DNA of 63,656 bases, filler included, from Octopus bimaculoides (taxonomy: Eukaryota): the NCBI RefSeq assembly GCF_001194135.2. It is 5 parts of 4 records of this genome, joined end to end, with 100 filler letters (N's around TTAATTAATTAA, not from the genome) between each part and the next. Parts side by side here need not be neighbours in the genome. Positions count along the whole stretch, not along the records: positions 1 to 31,880 come from NC_068987.1; 4 more parts are not named here. One strand, 5' to 3'. Below the pieces are notes generated by a model. The model was not told where the DNA came from, searched no databases, and saw nothing but the letters and a program-made list of their open reading frames with translations. Made by a program: the position numbers and the translations under genes. Positions within the stretch are counted from its first letter, which is position 1; every line of letters begins with the position of its first letter. Of the stretch, positions 1 through 13,001 are shown one piece after another.

Positions 1-40
<40 letters not shown>
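1..40. repeat. (AAT)n microsatellite
   Basis: Pure AAT tract directly abutting the retroelement fragment at 41. Confidence 0.95.
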
Positions 41-41
<1 letters not shown>

Positions 42-570
42 AACACTATGGAATAACAACAGAAAAAAGATGGTATAAACTCACGCCAGAAAAGGTCACA
101 GAAAACGAGAAAGCATCCATACTCTGGGATATGCCAATACACACAGATAGTGAAATTAAGGCAAATAGACCAGATATAGTTGTCAAAGATCACGAAGAAA
201 AAAATGCTTTCTAATTGATGTATCAATACCAGCAGATGACAACGTTTCTCTAAAAGAAATGGAAAAACTTTTAAAATACAAAGACCTGGAAATAGAGATA
301 ACTCGAATGTGGAATCTAAAAACAGAAACAATTCCTATCATAGTAGGTGCCTTAGGTATAATAAAAAAATATTCAGACAAATACATAACAAAAATAGCAG
401 GACTTACAAATATGTATAACATACAGAAAATTGCACTACTGGGTACTGCACACATTCTACGCAAAACACTTTCAATACAGTAAACATAAGAGCACCACAG
501 CACATACCCAAGGCGCACAGGGCTGCGCTCGGTAGTGAAGTGAAAGCACGTTATAAAAATAAAACTACTG
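41..570 (+). mobile_element. 5'-truncated R4/Dong-like non-LTR retrotransposon: restriction-like endonuclease C-terminus plus 3' UTR
   Basis: Translates as QHYGITTEKRWYKLTPEKVTENEKASILWDMPIHTDSEIKANRPDIVVKD, then a 1-nt frameshift in the A-run near 200, then CFLIDVSIPADDNVSLKEMEKLLKYKDLEIE...QKIALLGTAHILRKTLSIQ* (stop 481-483). RPD..D..K-KY is the PD-(D/E)xK RLE signature. (AAT)n lies on both sides. Confidence 0.9.
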
Positions 571-595
571 AATAATAATAATAATAATAATAATC

Positions 596-812
596 CTTTC
601 TTCTATGGGCACAAGTCATGAAATTTGGTGGGAGAGGACTAGTCGATTACATCGGCCCCAGTGTTGAACTGGTACTCAATGAACTGGTATTCCCGAGAGG
701 ATGAAAGACAGAGTCGACCTCGGCGGAATTTGAACTCAGTAAGTAACGTCGGGCGAAATACTATAAAACACTTCGTCCCGCGTGCTATTAATTTTGACTC
801 TATATCTTCAGG
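596..812 (-). mobile_element. tRNA-derived SINE, family A (central GTCGACT...TTTCATCC domain)
   Basis: Reverse complement contains the B-box-like GAGTTCAAATTCCGCCGAGGTCGACTCTGTCTTTCATCC. Homologous to copies at 863, 22761, 27365, 28278 and 55418. Confidence 0.8.
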
Positions 813-862
813 AGGAAATAAATCAATCCTTTCTATATTAATAACAATAATAATAGTAATAA

Positions 863-1076
863 TCCTTTCTATGATAGACACAGGGCGTGTAATTTGGTGG
901 AGGGGTTCAGTCGATTACATCGACGCCGGTGTTCAACTGATACTTAGTTTATTGACTACGAAAGGATTAAAAGGAGAGTCGGCCTCGTCGGAACTTGAAC
1001 TCAGAAGGTAGCGACGGGTGAAATACCGTTAAGCACTTCGTCCAGTGTGGTAATGATTATGCTAGCTCGCTGCCTT
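863..1076 (-). mobile_element. tRNA-derived SINE, family A, near full length
   Basis: Reverse complement reads AAGGCAGCGAGCTAGCATAATC...TTCTGAGTTCAAGTTCCGACGAGGCCGAC...GATGTAATCGACT...GAAAGGATT, colinear with the other copies. Confidence 0.85.
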
Positions 1077-1115
1077 AATAACAACAACAATAACAAAAAC
1101 AACAACAACAACAGC

Positions 1116-1159
<44 letters not shown>

Positions 1160-1195
1160 TATTAATAATAATAATGATAATTATTATTGTTATTA
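1077..1195. repeat. (AAC)n/(AAT)n microsatellite
   Basis: Direct reading. Confidence 0.9.
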
Positions 1196-1369
1196 TTTCA
1201 TTTATTGGCCACTAGGAGACAATACATGGGACAATACAGAAGACATGGAGAGTGGGGATTTTACACAGAAACAACGAGTACACAATTAAAACAATGAAAT
1301 AACAATGATATCCAACCAAAAGAATATAACAGCGAAAGTTCCCCAATGGGGAGGGGGTAACCACCTAGA

Positions 1370-4060
1370 GTTGGCTAAGGTACCCCACCAATCTTGAACT
1401 ACTCGATGCTTTGAGGGCATCAGGGAAACGCACCCTTCTCCCTCTCAAATTCACTAGCCTACAGATGCATTATTAGACTAGTGTCTGTCTTCAGTCCTTC
1501 CAATCTGGTCCACCATACAATCTATTTCTCTTGCTAACAGACAGAGGAAAATTGCCTGCCCTTCCGTACCGATGGAAGGAGGCGGATCGATCTTCACAAT
1601 GGACTCGACCAATAGCTGGATCTGTCCTACCCGTCATAACAGCAGTTCAGCATAACTCCACAAGTCAGTGATGAAAGGACACTGGACGAGTGCGTGCAGA
1701 ACGGTTACGTCGCTCTACCCGCATCTCGAGCAGGTCCACCTGACAGCATCTGGAGATTCCGCAGTCTCAGCACATGTCTGCGCGTCATTAGCTACGGCAT
1801 GCCCAGACTCCTTCGTAGAGAGTGTTGGCAGCAGATGGCCCGCCTCACCAATGGAAACTATCCCCTCCACAACTTTACCGGTCTGTCTCTCCGACCAGCT
1901 GGCAACGACGCTGTTCGATGCCATGGATTTGACTCTCCAGGTGCCGAGTTGCAAGCCCACCGACTTTTCTGGGTTAAGTTTTCCTCCCATCAACTTGTCA
2001 TATTCCTCCAATAATAAGCCGACTACCTCGATTTCTGAGGTGTCCGGCACCATCACAGCGATGTCTTCATATGTTGACACAGCCCTTCAAGCGGAATGCC
2101 ATGCAGTAGCTCTAGCATCCGCAGTAAAGGCTCAAGAGTCAATGCGTACAGAAGGGAGGAGAGAGGGCAACATTGACGAACCGATCAGGAGATCTCAAAT
2201 GGTTCCGAGAGGTGACCATCAACTTTGACTTCCGAGCAGATACCGCTGTGCACTGCAGCGATCCAACCTCTGAAGACGGGGGCCAAAGCCAGCCGCTTTG
2301 AAGAAAACCTATTGATATCGATGGTCGACCCTATCGAATACGTCCAATTTATCTCAATTGATTAGCGTCCCACTGAAGCCATGCTTACACCCTACCCCTT
2401 GAATGATGTGTCACATGAGGTGAAAGTTGTCGTGTACTCAGGATTGCGCAGGGTTGCGCCTCCCCAGCAAAATCGTCGACAGCAAGCCCCAGCCTCTTTT
2501 CCAATACCTTGGCCAAAATCTTAAACTCTGCGTTAAGCAAAGTTATGAGCATGAAGTTAACTAATGTGTCCCGCTTGTTTTAGTCTTTACTTATCAGCGT
2601 CAATACACAGCTCACAGCACAGAACTGGGAATACTCCCGTTCTGCCGCCAGTTGCAGTAAAGCTCTTCGAGGGTATCGGAGAACAAGTCTGGTATATTTA
2701 TGTAGAGTTCATAGAGGCGGCCATCTAAACCGGGTGACTTGCGTCTCGTGCAGCCGATAAGGGCATCTTGAATATCGGCTGATGTTATCTGCCTTTCACA
2801 GCGCTAGCACTGGCCGTTGGGGGACGCAGCAACCGTCAAGGTAGGGACTGAAGACCGCCACCATCTCCACCCCACCACTCTCTCCGAACAACCGAGCATT
2901 GTGCTGGTGAAAGGCCTCACACATCTGCCTGCACGTGTCCTCCGTACGTCAAAGACCGAATTGTGGTTTTGTTGCCACGCTGTGCCTCCGCTGCGCGGGC
3001 TCATCGAGTTACTTCGGTCCTTTCGTATCTTAGTGCATGCGCCTGCGCTCTGACAATGCATGCTTCTTGTTTCACATTGAAGAACTGGTCTAATGCAATT
3101 CTCACTGCCAGCACGTCGGTTGCAATTCCACTAGAAATAGCCTCGTGTAGATTAGCTAATAACTCCGTCTCCCTTCTATTTTTCTAATGCTATTTCTTTA
3201 TTAAAACCTATCGACATTACTCGAATCTCTCTTTTGAGAGCCGCCAACCACCTATTACTGACGACACTCCCTGTTAACATCTGCTTAACTAAATTGCTGA
3301 CCCAGTCCCTGTAAGCCTTGCGTGCCGGAAACGAAATGTTCAGATTCCAGTACCCGAGTCCTAACCTACGCATCTTATCTAGGTCCACCGTACAGATTAC
3401 AAACTTATGGTCTGAATAGGCAACCGTTTTAAAAACTTGGACATGTTACACTATTACTATCTATTTTACTAGTTAACATCCTATATGCATACGATCTAGA
3501 TGACCCTAAGCGGTTTGTCCAAATCCACACTGGCGCATAAGGGAAATCTCATCGGTACCTGTCAGACAGTGCTGGCTGACCAGGTGCTTGAGGCTTTTGC
3601 ACCCCTCTCTTCTATCTGCCACACCCACATAATCCTAGCATTGAAATGGGATACAACAGAAAAGGGCTTTCAGATCCTTAATGAAATCCAACCGTTTGGC
3701 TCCGGCAGGAGCGTAGACGGCCACCAGTCTAAAGACACTATTGTTCACGTCCAGGACCACCAACTTCCCCTCCGGGTCCCGGAATATTGACTTTACCTCG
3801 ACATCCAGTTCTTTCATAAACAGCACTGCCACTCCACCTCCTATTCCCAGTCGACTAACATGCAAAGATCTGACAGTCGTCGAAGATGGGGACCAGTGCT
3901 CCTTTATTGGAAATATTGGTCTTACTGTCAGCAATTATATCCAATTAAAGAGAGCTGAGGTCATTGAGCAGGGACCCCGGCTACCAGGGTGACCACAGGC
4001 TTCGAACATTCAAAAATACTACTCTTAGTGTGGCTATGTTGGCAAGCTTAAGAAAGAAGG
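1370..4060 (-). pseudogene. LINE ORF2 (APE endonuclease, reverse transcriptase, CCHC), disrupted
   Basis: Pieces are visible in ORFs 3635-3934, 3176-3388 and 1715-2080 and in manual translation. It has many stops and frameshifts, and an apparent deletion between the RT thumb and the zinc knuckle. Confidence 0.85.
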
Positions 4061-4079
4061 GAAAGGTTTACTTACCTTC

Positions 4080-5990
4080 TGGTGTCCTGTGAAGGTCGGG
4101 TGTTTCGACTTCCATCATTGTGTCTTTTTTGGGAACGCCTTTAAGAGTCTCGATGTGGGTCTCACATTCGGGTTTCTCTGTCTGGAAATCTCTCTCGAAT
4201 TTTTGTCAAGGAATCGAGCAACATTCACACCAGAAGTAAATCTACTGGTATGCAAAATGTGTTCGATTCTAACCCCACGTTTCAAACCCCAACCCGAGGT
4301 TTCAAATTCTGTGTTCTTGTTACGAGGGCCATCAGATCACCGTTGGCTCTTCTGATGAGTACGAAGTTGGGTGTTTTGTGTTGGCGATGTTTAATTTGTT
4401 TGCTTGACTGTAGTGGTGATGGTCTTCTTGTTTCTGCTGTGTCTCTGTGTGCCGTGAGTGTGGCGCCTTAGATGTCTGTGTGCGTATTTGTTCTTGTGTC
4501 TATTTAGGTTGTTTGCATTTGGGGGATTCTGGTGATATTGATGGTGTTGTTTCTATTGGTGTTGGTGTTTGCGAGCAGATATTTACGCGGGTGGTGTCTG
4601 TATTTTTTTATTATTGAGGGTGTTGTTATATTTTGTGGAGTTTTACTTTTGTTTTTTGGGCATTTTGGTTTTCCTTCATCTTCCCTACTGAAAGATGAAG
4701 GTTCTGCTGCTCTGTGTCTGTGTGTATCTTTATAATGTTGTGTGTTTCTGTTCGGTGTGAGGGGATGGGAGAGCTTCCCTTGTTTCTCCCTAGAATGGTT
4801 AAAGTCATTGGTGTTGTTGCAGGTGGGTTTGCCGGTGTTGGTCTTGTTTGTGTTCCTCATCCCAGTGTAGGCAGCAGTGGGGGTTTTGACTTCTTGCACT
4901 TTGTACCAGTTGGGGGCAGTGGCTTGCAAGTGAGTCATTTCTCCACACGCCAAACAATGTGGCCTTTTGCCCTCAGTTATGATGTGTATCGTTGTCCTGT
5001 TCTGGAGACAGATGTGGTCTGGGATGTTTTCGGATCTGATCTAGAGCAGTATTTCCAGGTCAACCTCGGACCAGTCCTCCCTGGCAGTTCTTGTCGCCTC
5101 TATTGCAATAGTATCCGTCCCCTTCACGATTACACATTGCAGAAGCCACTACGTATCTAGTCCTGGTCGGATCTTAAGAATGTTGCATGTTTCCCCATGT
5201 GGGAGGAGTACATCATGACTTTGCTGGTTTTGCAGGAGGTTATTGAATGTTTCATAGCGAAGGCCGATGATTAAACAGCACCGAAATGGTGCCGTATTGT
5301 TAACCGTTTGCTATGTATTCGATATAATTTCTGACGCACCTCAGCGCCGCTTCAATGTCTACTTGGACTATTAAAGCCGTTCGTTTCGTGTCTGCTGAGA
5401 TGCATCTGAAAAGCACTGTTCTCCTCTCTACTGTTTCAATTGCGTCTGATGGAATAGGGAGACTGGCCCACGTTTTCTCTTGTATCAATTTCCATGCTCG
5501 TGTTAGTATTTCTGAGGTGTACGGTAATACTTTCCTTCATCTTCGGTGCTGCTGCCGCCGAATGTGTTTTTGTTGTTGGTAATGTTCTCGTTATTGTTGT
5601 TGCAGCTTCTGCTGCTGTTCTTCTTGTTGTTGTTGTCGATGTTGGTATTAGTTTTGTTGTTGCTGTTATCAGTTTTGCTGTCATTGTTGCTGTTGTTGTT
5701 ATTCTTACTGACGTTGTAGTACCATTCGTTGATGTTGTTACTGTTACTGTCACTACTGCTGCAGTAGCTATCACTGTTGCGGCTGCTGCATTTGTCACTG
5801 TCACCGTTGTTGCTCTCACTGCTACTACTGTTGCTACAAGTTGGACATTGTACTGTCCTGTTTTTCTCCTCCTTTTCATCTCAGTTGCTGCAAGTAACGG
5901 ATGGAAATGGGGGAAGTCTTCAGTAATTGTCAGATTTATGGGAGGGGTTGTGTTGTTTTTTCTCAACTCTTTGAAGACGTGCTCCGCCAT
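4080..5990 (-). pseudogene. LINE ORF1 (gag-like, CCHC knuckle), disrupted
   Basis: ATG at 5990 (MAEHVFKELRK...), then a Thr/Ala-rich tract, then RRTVLFRC...DIEAAL (5300-5488 ORF), then EGKRPHCLACGEMTHLQAT. The 3' end of the ORF is approximate. Confidence 0.6.
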
Positions 5991-6185
5991 CTTGTTGAGT
6001 TGTATTTGATTCAATTAAATCAAAACAACCAAGGAAAACCAGTAATATGTTCCTGGTGTTTCTATTCGCAACTTGGAATAAAATAATTATTGCAAAAAGA
6101 CACCAATGCAGGTATAAATAAATATTTTGAACTGAACCTACTTGGAGCGTTCGAAAGCGCGTCCGATGTGCTCCGCAGCAAATAT

Positions 6186-6186
6186 G

Positions 6187-6244
<58 letters not shown>

Positions 6245-6281
6245 TAATAATAATGATAATAATAATAATAANNNNNNNNNN

Positions 6282-6328
<47 letters not shown>

Positions 6329-6390
6329 TAATAATAATGATAATAATAATAATAATAACAATAATAATAATAATAATAATGTTAATAATA
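6186..6390. repeat. (AAT)n microsatellite with a 10-N gap
   Basis: Direct reading; Ns at 6272-6281. Confidence 0.95.
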
Positions 6391-6580
6391 ACAATAAATT
6401 GAAATTGGGCCCCACCTGTAAAGTCAGGCGCTGTTTATCTTGATATGAGATCACCATATCAGGCACATATGTTTGTGATGCATGTGCCTCGTGTACTCTT
6501 ATCAGACGGGTAGTCATGATGGATATATTTGGCTTCGTATATGTGTAACCCAGTATCACTTTATGCCATGCGCTGCCCTC

Positions 6581-6661
<81 letters not shown>

Positions 6662-7559
6662 TATTTGTAACGTTTGTACACAACCACAAACACATGAATA
6701 ATAGATTGAATACATGATACCATTTTCCCCAGAAATCTTGCCTGGTACATAGTTTCGATCATATATCGGAATCTACGTCTTCTTTGAGATTTGAACAGTC
6801 CTACCCCGCACGTGTTCCCAAAATAACAACAAGAACTAAAGTTATTAACTGCCATTACCATTAAACAAATAACAAAGTTTCATAATTGGCAATATTTCAC
6901 TTGTTTTTTTTTTTTTGCACATTCATTTTGTTCTAAACTTTATCTTTGCTGAAGCCGACAGATTAATTTTAGAAAAATAGAGATATTGTTTTATGGATAT
7001 TACTGCTTGTGTCAGTTTCGTGAAATGGCTTTTAGAATAAACCACAAAATACTCTAAGTTATAAACCTGCTCGGTTCTACGTGACAGCAAGTAAAATATA
7101 CGCATTACGCATTTCGCTTTTTCATTCATTGATTCTTGAACGTCTCAAGTATCGTTAATCCTACATCGCCAGTCTCTAGACAAACAGAATTAATCAAGCT
7201 ATAGTTTTCAGTCTAAATCTGCTGCTTTCGCCTAATCTTTAAAAACCTCTATCGCACCACCTACTTAATTTTGAACGCTCTCTCACAAATAATCACGCAT
7301 ATATAAACCATTATACATACATTTTTACAAACCTACACATGTATGTGTGCAAAAGTGTATATATACGTATATATGTATGTATTTATGTGTGTATGTATGT
7401 GTGAATATCCATGCATCTAACCCTCGCTACACACCATACGCACACATACACACACACACACACATTGTATGTGTGTGTGTGTGTATGCGTGTGCGGATTT
7501 TCTCATTCGTATCTTAATATTTTCCCTCTTTCACAATTGCTGTTTCCACGTTTTTCCAC

Positions 7560-9030
7560 CCATTCACAGTAGTACGTATTTTAATTGCCTTTCCATCTCG
7601 CCTCTATCTGTGTCTCTTACAATACTCTCCTTATATTTTTTTTATTTTTCTCCTGGATAAATATCATCTTCTCAATCTGATTCACCATCTCCCACACCTT
7701 ATTTCTTCTCTCCCACCATTATCTCACTCTTACTCACCCCACTAAACACATACATTTTCTCTCGGCATTAAATTTGTTACTCTTTGGTTTCAATTTCACT
7801 TTTGATATCAAGGCCATTCCAAATATCCTAGTATTTCTCTCGCCTCTCCAATTACCCTTCCCTTTAGAATTTTCGTCATATAATCAAACAATTCTTTAAA
7901 TTTCTCATCCTACACCCTCCCACACCATCTCTGTACTCCTCTCTGATTTCCTCACTACCGCTATGCCTCATCCTTTCACTCTTATTCTACATTTTTATGC
8001 ATTTATACAACTCCCATTCCCATACTCACTATTTCCCTTTTGCCCACCCTCTTTTTCTACATTTCTCTTGGCCCACCTATTAATTTCCTTACTGTTTCTT
8101 CCTCTTTCTTCCACTTTCTTTCTTCTATCCTTCGTATTCACTCTTCTAAATTGCGGTAAAGGTCTTACACAATCTTTTATTCTCACTTCCCCTCTCACCT
8201 ACTCTTCCTCCTCTCACCTGCACTTTTGCATATCCTTTTCCTCCTACATTTCTCTACATGGCTCGACTTCCATTTTGTTCTCGCTCTTTGATTTATGAAT
8301 CATATCCACCTTAACTTTAAGCATTTCTATACTTTCAATATTCATTCTTTATACTCATTCTATTTCTCTATTGAATGCATCTTCTCTCTCAATATATTTC
8401 TCTAGGTTTCTACATTTTCATTTGAAGCCCCCCCCCCCTTACCTCTTCTGCCAATTTCTCTTTCTCCTACCACATTTCTTTGCATTTCTATCTGTTATTT
8501 TCTATATATTTCTATCAATTTACATTTTTCCACCATTTAGTTCCTTTACATTTCCCTCGTCCCTTCTTCTAATTTGCTATCTCCATCTTCCATGTTTTCT
8601 ATATCTCTCTACATTTCTTACTGAATCTTTAATTCGTTCCTCATTCTCTTTCACATTCCTCCCTCAACAGTTTTCTTCTTCACTTTCTCCCTCTCATTTA
8701 CAGTTCATCTCAATGTATATTGCACAAAACATTCACTCTCTTTTCCATTTTCCTTCCCTTCCCATTCCTATTTTCACCTCTTCGTGTTTTCACCTTTCTC
8801 TCTCAAACCATCTTTCTCTCTCTTTCTCTCTTTCATAATTATTCATTTTATTTTCGCACTGCACATCTTTAGCAACTTCGCTATTCTTTTAAAATCTCCC
8901 TCTTTTTCTTATGCTCACTTATATAATATCACACTCACGCATTCGCTATATCATTCTTTCCCTCTCCTTATTTCTCCTCATTTTTCATTTTCTCCACCTG
9001 TATACTGCATATGACTCTTCACTTCCATAT
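7560..9030. repeat. Long pyrimidine-rich (CT-rich) low-complexity tract
   Basis: The plus strand is dominated by C/T for about 1.5 kb, giving spurious F/S/L-rich ORFs. Confidence 0.8.
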
Positions 9031-9471
9031 CCGGTAGGTGTATCAAGCGGCTTCTGCAGCGCCCAGCATCTTCCTTGTACCAGACTTTTCGGACAATCAA
9101 TCATCTAATTCTAATTTGTTATGTCCTGTTTTACATGGATTTTAGTTTCAATTATTCATGAAATTTTACTCTATACATTTATCTCAAACGATGAATATAC
9201 GCCCTGCCTAATATAATTGCCTGCTGTTGAGTTGCATACACGTTACAAATTTATTAACTACATCATGCACAAACGCACACATATATAGTAATACGTAACT
9301 ATGTGTGTGTGTTTGTGTGTATGTATGTGTATGTGTATATGTGTATATACACTAATATATTGACAATAGAGATTATACGGTTCTATAAGCATATATCCTC
9401 AAATATCCGCAAGTTCACATATATGCAGGCCTTTAAAAAGTATGTACTACCAACGATCATCATCTTCGCTG

Positions 9472-9524
<53 letters not shown>

Positions 9525-9699
9525 ACGTTTCTCTCTCCCAGATACACAGGAGCATACATAATCATACATTCACAAACATGCGTGTCTATGTATGTTTGTG
9601 CGTATATGTGTATGTAAAGAAAATTACTTGTAGTTGCTAATATTTGCATATCTAATTATATATGAAGATATCTAGAAATGTCTTTGGGCTTCTATACAT

Positions 9700-10020
9700 A
9701 CGATGCTTTAAACATCTCTAGGGGTATGATCGGATACACCATGGACAGGCTTAGAAAGAGATATGCTTCGTATTACTATGTTGGCCAAATTTCTTAGACG
9801 ATTTGCAAGATTTAGTTACAGTCTCAAGCAGTCATTATCGTAAGCCTATGAAAAGCTGTCGTGCATTAACACAGCACCCTGTCACAGATCTATATTTTAA
9901 AGAGGATCACGAGGAGGTTTCCGCCCCTGCTATATTGAGATTCTGACAGCCAACGGATTGAAATGCCAAGCCCTAACATTTTAAAAGAAAGTTCCACAGT
10001 AAAGATTTCTAGCTTCCCAA
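9700..10020 (+). mobile_element. Possible RTE-like LINE 3' remnant
   Basis: QHPVTDL..GSRGGFRPCYIEILTANG weakly resembles the RTE C-terminal G.R..GRP...Y.D.L motif. Very degraded. Confidence 0.3.
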
Positions 10021-10109
<89 letters not shown>

Positions 10110-11231
10110 CTCTGAGTGGGTGAGGGAAACACCTTTCCGTAGATTTTTTGATAAACATTTTGCACAGGAACATAGGTGTAGGAAATTCTCAGAAGTATGT
10201 CGGTTCAACGTAAGGCCCCATTAGGATCAAGCAGATCTTCATTTAGCAGGTCTTCATATAGACTCCAAGAAGCACAGTGATGAAAGGTTAACCACATATG
10301 TATTGTCATTAAAAGAGGAAGAAACAGCTTACAAAATCAACGAGAATCTGATTGGAATGGTGTGGACGTATAGGAAAAGCATTAGACGAAGCAGGATCTG
10401 CTTGGCGTAGAGATGAATCATAGTCAAACTTTCACATGATGCGGCTGCTTTCCTAAAATCTAACAATTTTTGTCCTAAGTGCGATTTTGTTTTAGTGACA
10501 TTGCCGTGTGCATTTTCGGACGTGTGTGCGTGCATACAGGACTTATACGTTTAACCAATCGCTATCAGCAATGCATGGGAAACAAATGTTCTTTTCCGCC
10601 AGAAAGATTGTTTCAATTTATTCACTCTTTTTTGTTTTTGTACATCCACCAAATTACAAAGTCTACAAATACATTATACGCTTCCAGCCAGCATATCTGA
10701 AGCATCGTGAATACTAGCTGAGTATTGCACATGTAAAGAACGGCAGCATTCACACCAGTTATATGCTGTAAGAAGTAATATACTACTCAACTGCTCAATT
10801 AACAATACTGAGGGTAATTCTTTCTACCTAATAATTTATATGTATGATATACACCTACATACATGCTCCTCCACACACACATATCCACGCCAAAATATAT
10901 ACTGTAATTATAATGAACAACAAGGCATCATAGAGTAGGCATAGCAAAGAGAGTATGAGGCTTAAAGCTTAACGATTTAGTCATACATACATACACAGAC
11001 ACATATGAATATATATATTCACACATAGACATTTCCTTCTCCATGTCGCTCTGTCTCTCTGTCTCTATCACTAGGTAATAAACATATATGTATGTATATA
11101 TGTATCGTCTGTCTAAATATATCTATATACAATTTATCTATATATACATATACACAAACATAAACATACATACACATATTTAAACACACACATAAATACG
11201 CGTGTGCATGTGTTTGAGAAAGAGAGGAAGC

Positions 11232-11262
<31 letters not shown>

Positions 11263-11277
11263 GGAGAGAGAGAGAGC

Positions 11278-11309
<32 letters not shown>

Positions 11310-12539
11310 GTTGATATACGAATGTACAAGTGAAGTATTTCCAGTCCGTTTTTTCTCATGGTCTTTGTTCAATATATTTCAAACTTATCCATTGCCCTTC
11401 CAAGGCATTCGACTTCGTACACGAATGAAATATTTGTTGTCGTGGCAGTTAAGGAAGTATGGAATTTTATTTGTGTCGTGTGGATACTAGTTTCTACGTT
11501 TAATTCATTTTCTCNNNNNNNNNNNNNNNNNNNNNNNNNNNNNNNNNNNNNNNNNNNNNNNNNNNNNNNNNNNNNNNNNNNNNNNNNNNNNNNNNNNNNN
11601 NNNNNNNNNNNNNNNNNNNNNNNNNNNNNNNNNNNNNNNNNNNNNNNNNNNNNNNNNNNNNNNNNNNNNNNNNNNNNNNNNNNNNNNNNNNNNNNNNNNN
11701 NNNNNNNNNNNNNNNNNNNNNNNNNNNNNNNNNNNNNNNNNNNNNNNNNNNNNNNNNNNNNNNNNNNNNNNNNNNNNNNNNNNNNNNNNNNNNNNNNNNN
11801 NNNNNNNNNNNNNNNNNNNNNNNNNNNNNNNNNNNNNNNNNNNNNNNNNNNNNNNNNNNNNNNNNNNNNNNNNNNNNNNNNNNNNNNNNNNNNNNNNNNN
11901 NNNNNNNNNNNNNNNNNNNNNNNNNNNNNNNNNNNNNNNNNNNNNNNNNNNNNNNNNNNNNNNGTATATATATATATACTCCTAATATAGGATAAATTTT
12001 TCCACCAAAATTCATCATACATACATATATACATACATACATACATGCATGCATACATGCATACATACATATATGTATATAATACACCCCCGCCCCACAA
12101 ACACCCCCCCACACACACACACAAATATATATATTATCGATCGCACATGCATACTGTATGTGTTTTGTTTATAAACGGATTTGCTGCGATAAAGAGTCAG
12201 GAATGGCTTCTTGGACAATGCTGAGTGCTAAAGAACGAGATAAGGCGCCCCGGATTGAAATCAGGATATTTCCCCATTATTGGGGCTTATCAATACCACG
12301 CGGCGCAATCGCACCGAAATGAGTCATTCTCCCGCTCTATGATTTATATACAAATAGAATGAACACTATTTGCGGATGTGCCACGGCTAGGAACCTGGGA
12401 TAGTAAATTCAATTACGAATAAAATGCACCTCTGGTAATGTAAATGTTATGGATAGCACATACATGATATATGTGTGTGTATGTGTGTATGTATACAAAC
12501 ACACACACTCTCTCTCTCTCTCTCTCTCTCACACACATA

Positions 12540-12578
<39 letters not shown>

Positions 12579-12942
12579 GTTTTTCTACAATTTTATAAAG
12601 ATAAGAATGTGTGTGTTTATGTGTGTGTGTGTGAGCGTGTTTTGTCTGTCTATCTGTCTGTCTGCCTGAATCCCTAAAAGTCGAGAACTACACAACTGAT
12701 TTGATTCAAATTTTACACATGCCTTACTTAGGGTCGATGCAGTATCATAGGCTAAGGAAAAAAAATCAACATCTTGCTTAATGCGATCCCAGAGCAATCA
12801 CATATGTCTTACACTATTTTAGTATTACGTGTCAAAATTAAAACAATAGCATCTCTCTATTGTAATGTGACATACTTCCCATTTAGTAGTTTTACTATTA
12901 ATACTGTAAGTATTTAAGCGAAACTATTATCTCATATATATC

Positions 12943-12993
<51 letters not shown>

Positions 12994-13001
12994 CATACGT
13001 A

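Larger units (their letters stand above)
1180..6185 (-). mobile_element. Near full-length degenerate L1/Tx1-clade LINE
   Basis: Minus-strand motifs occur in the expected order: ORF1 CLACGEMTH knuckle (about 4930-4960); APE LNVRSL (about 4010) and GGGVAVLF..DPEGKLVVLDV..FRLVAVYAP; GYWNLN; RT KSPGLDG, ITLLNAEFKILAKVL, FDRVDH, VRQCCPLSP, TYEDI (decayed YADD); C-terminal CSRCG..H..C (about 1680-1735); AATAAA at 1206-1201 followed by a short AAT tail. The exact 5' boundary is inferred. Confidence 0.88.
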
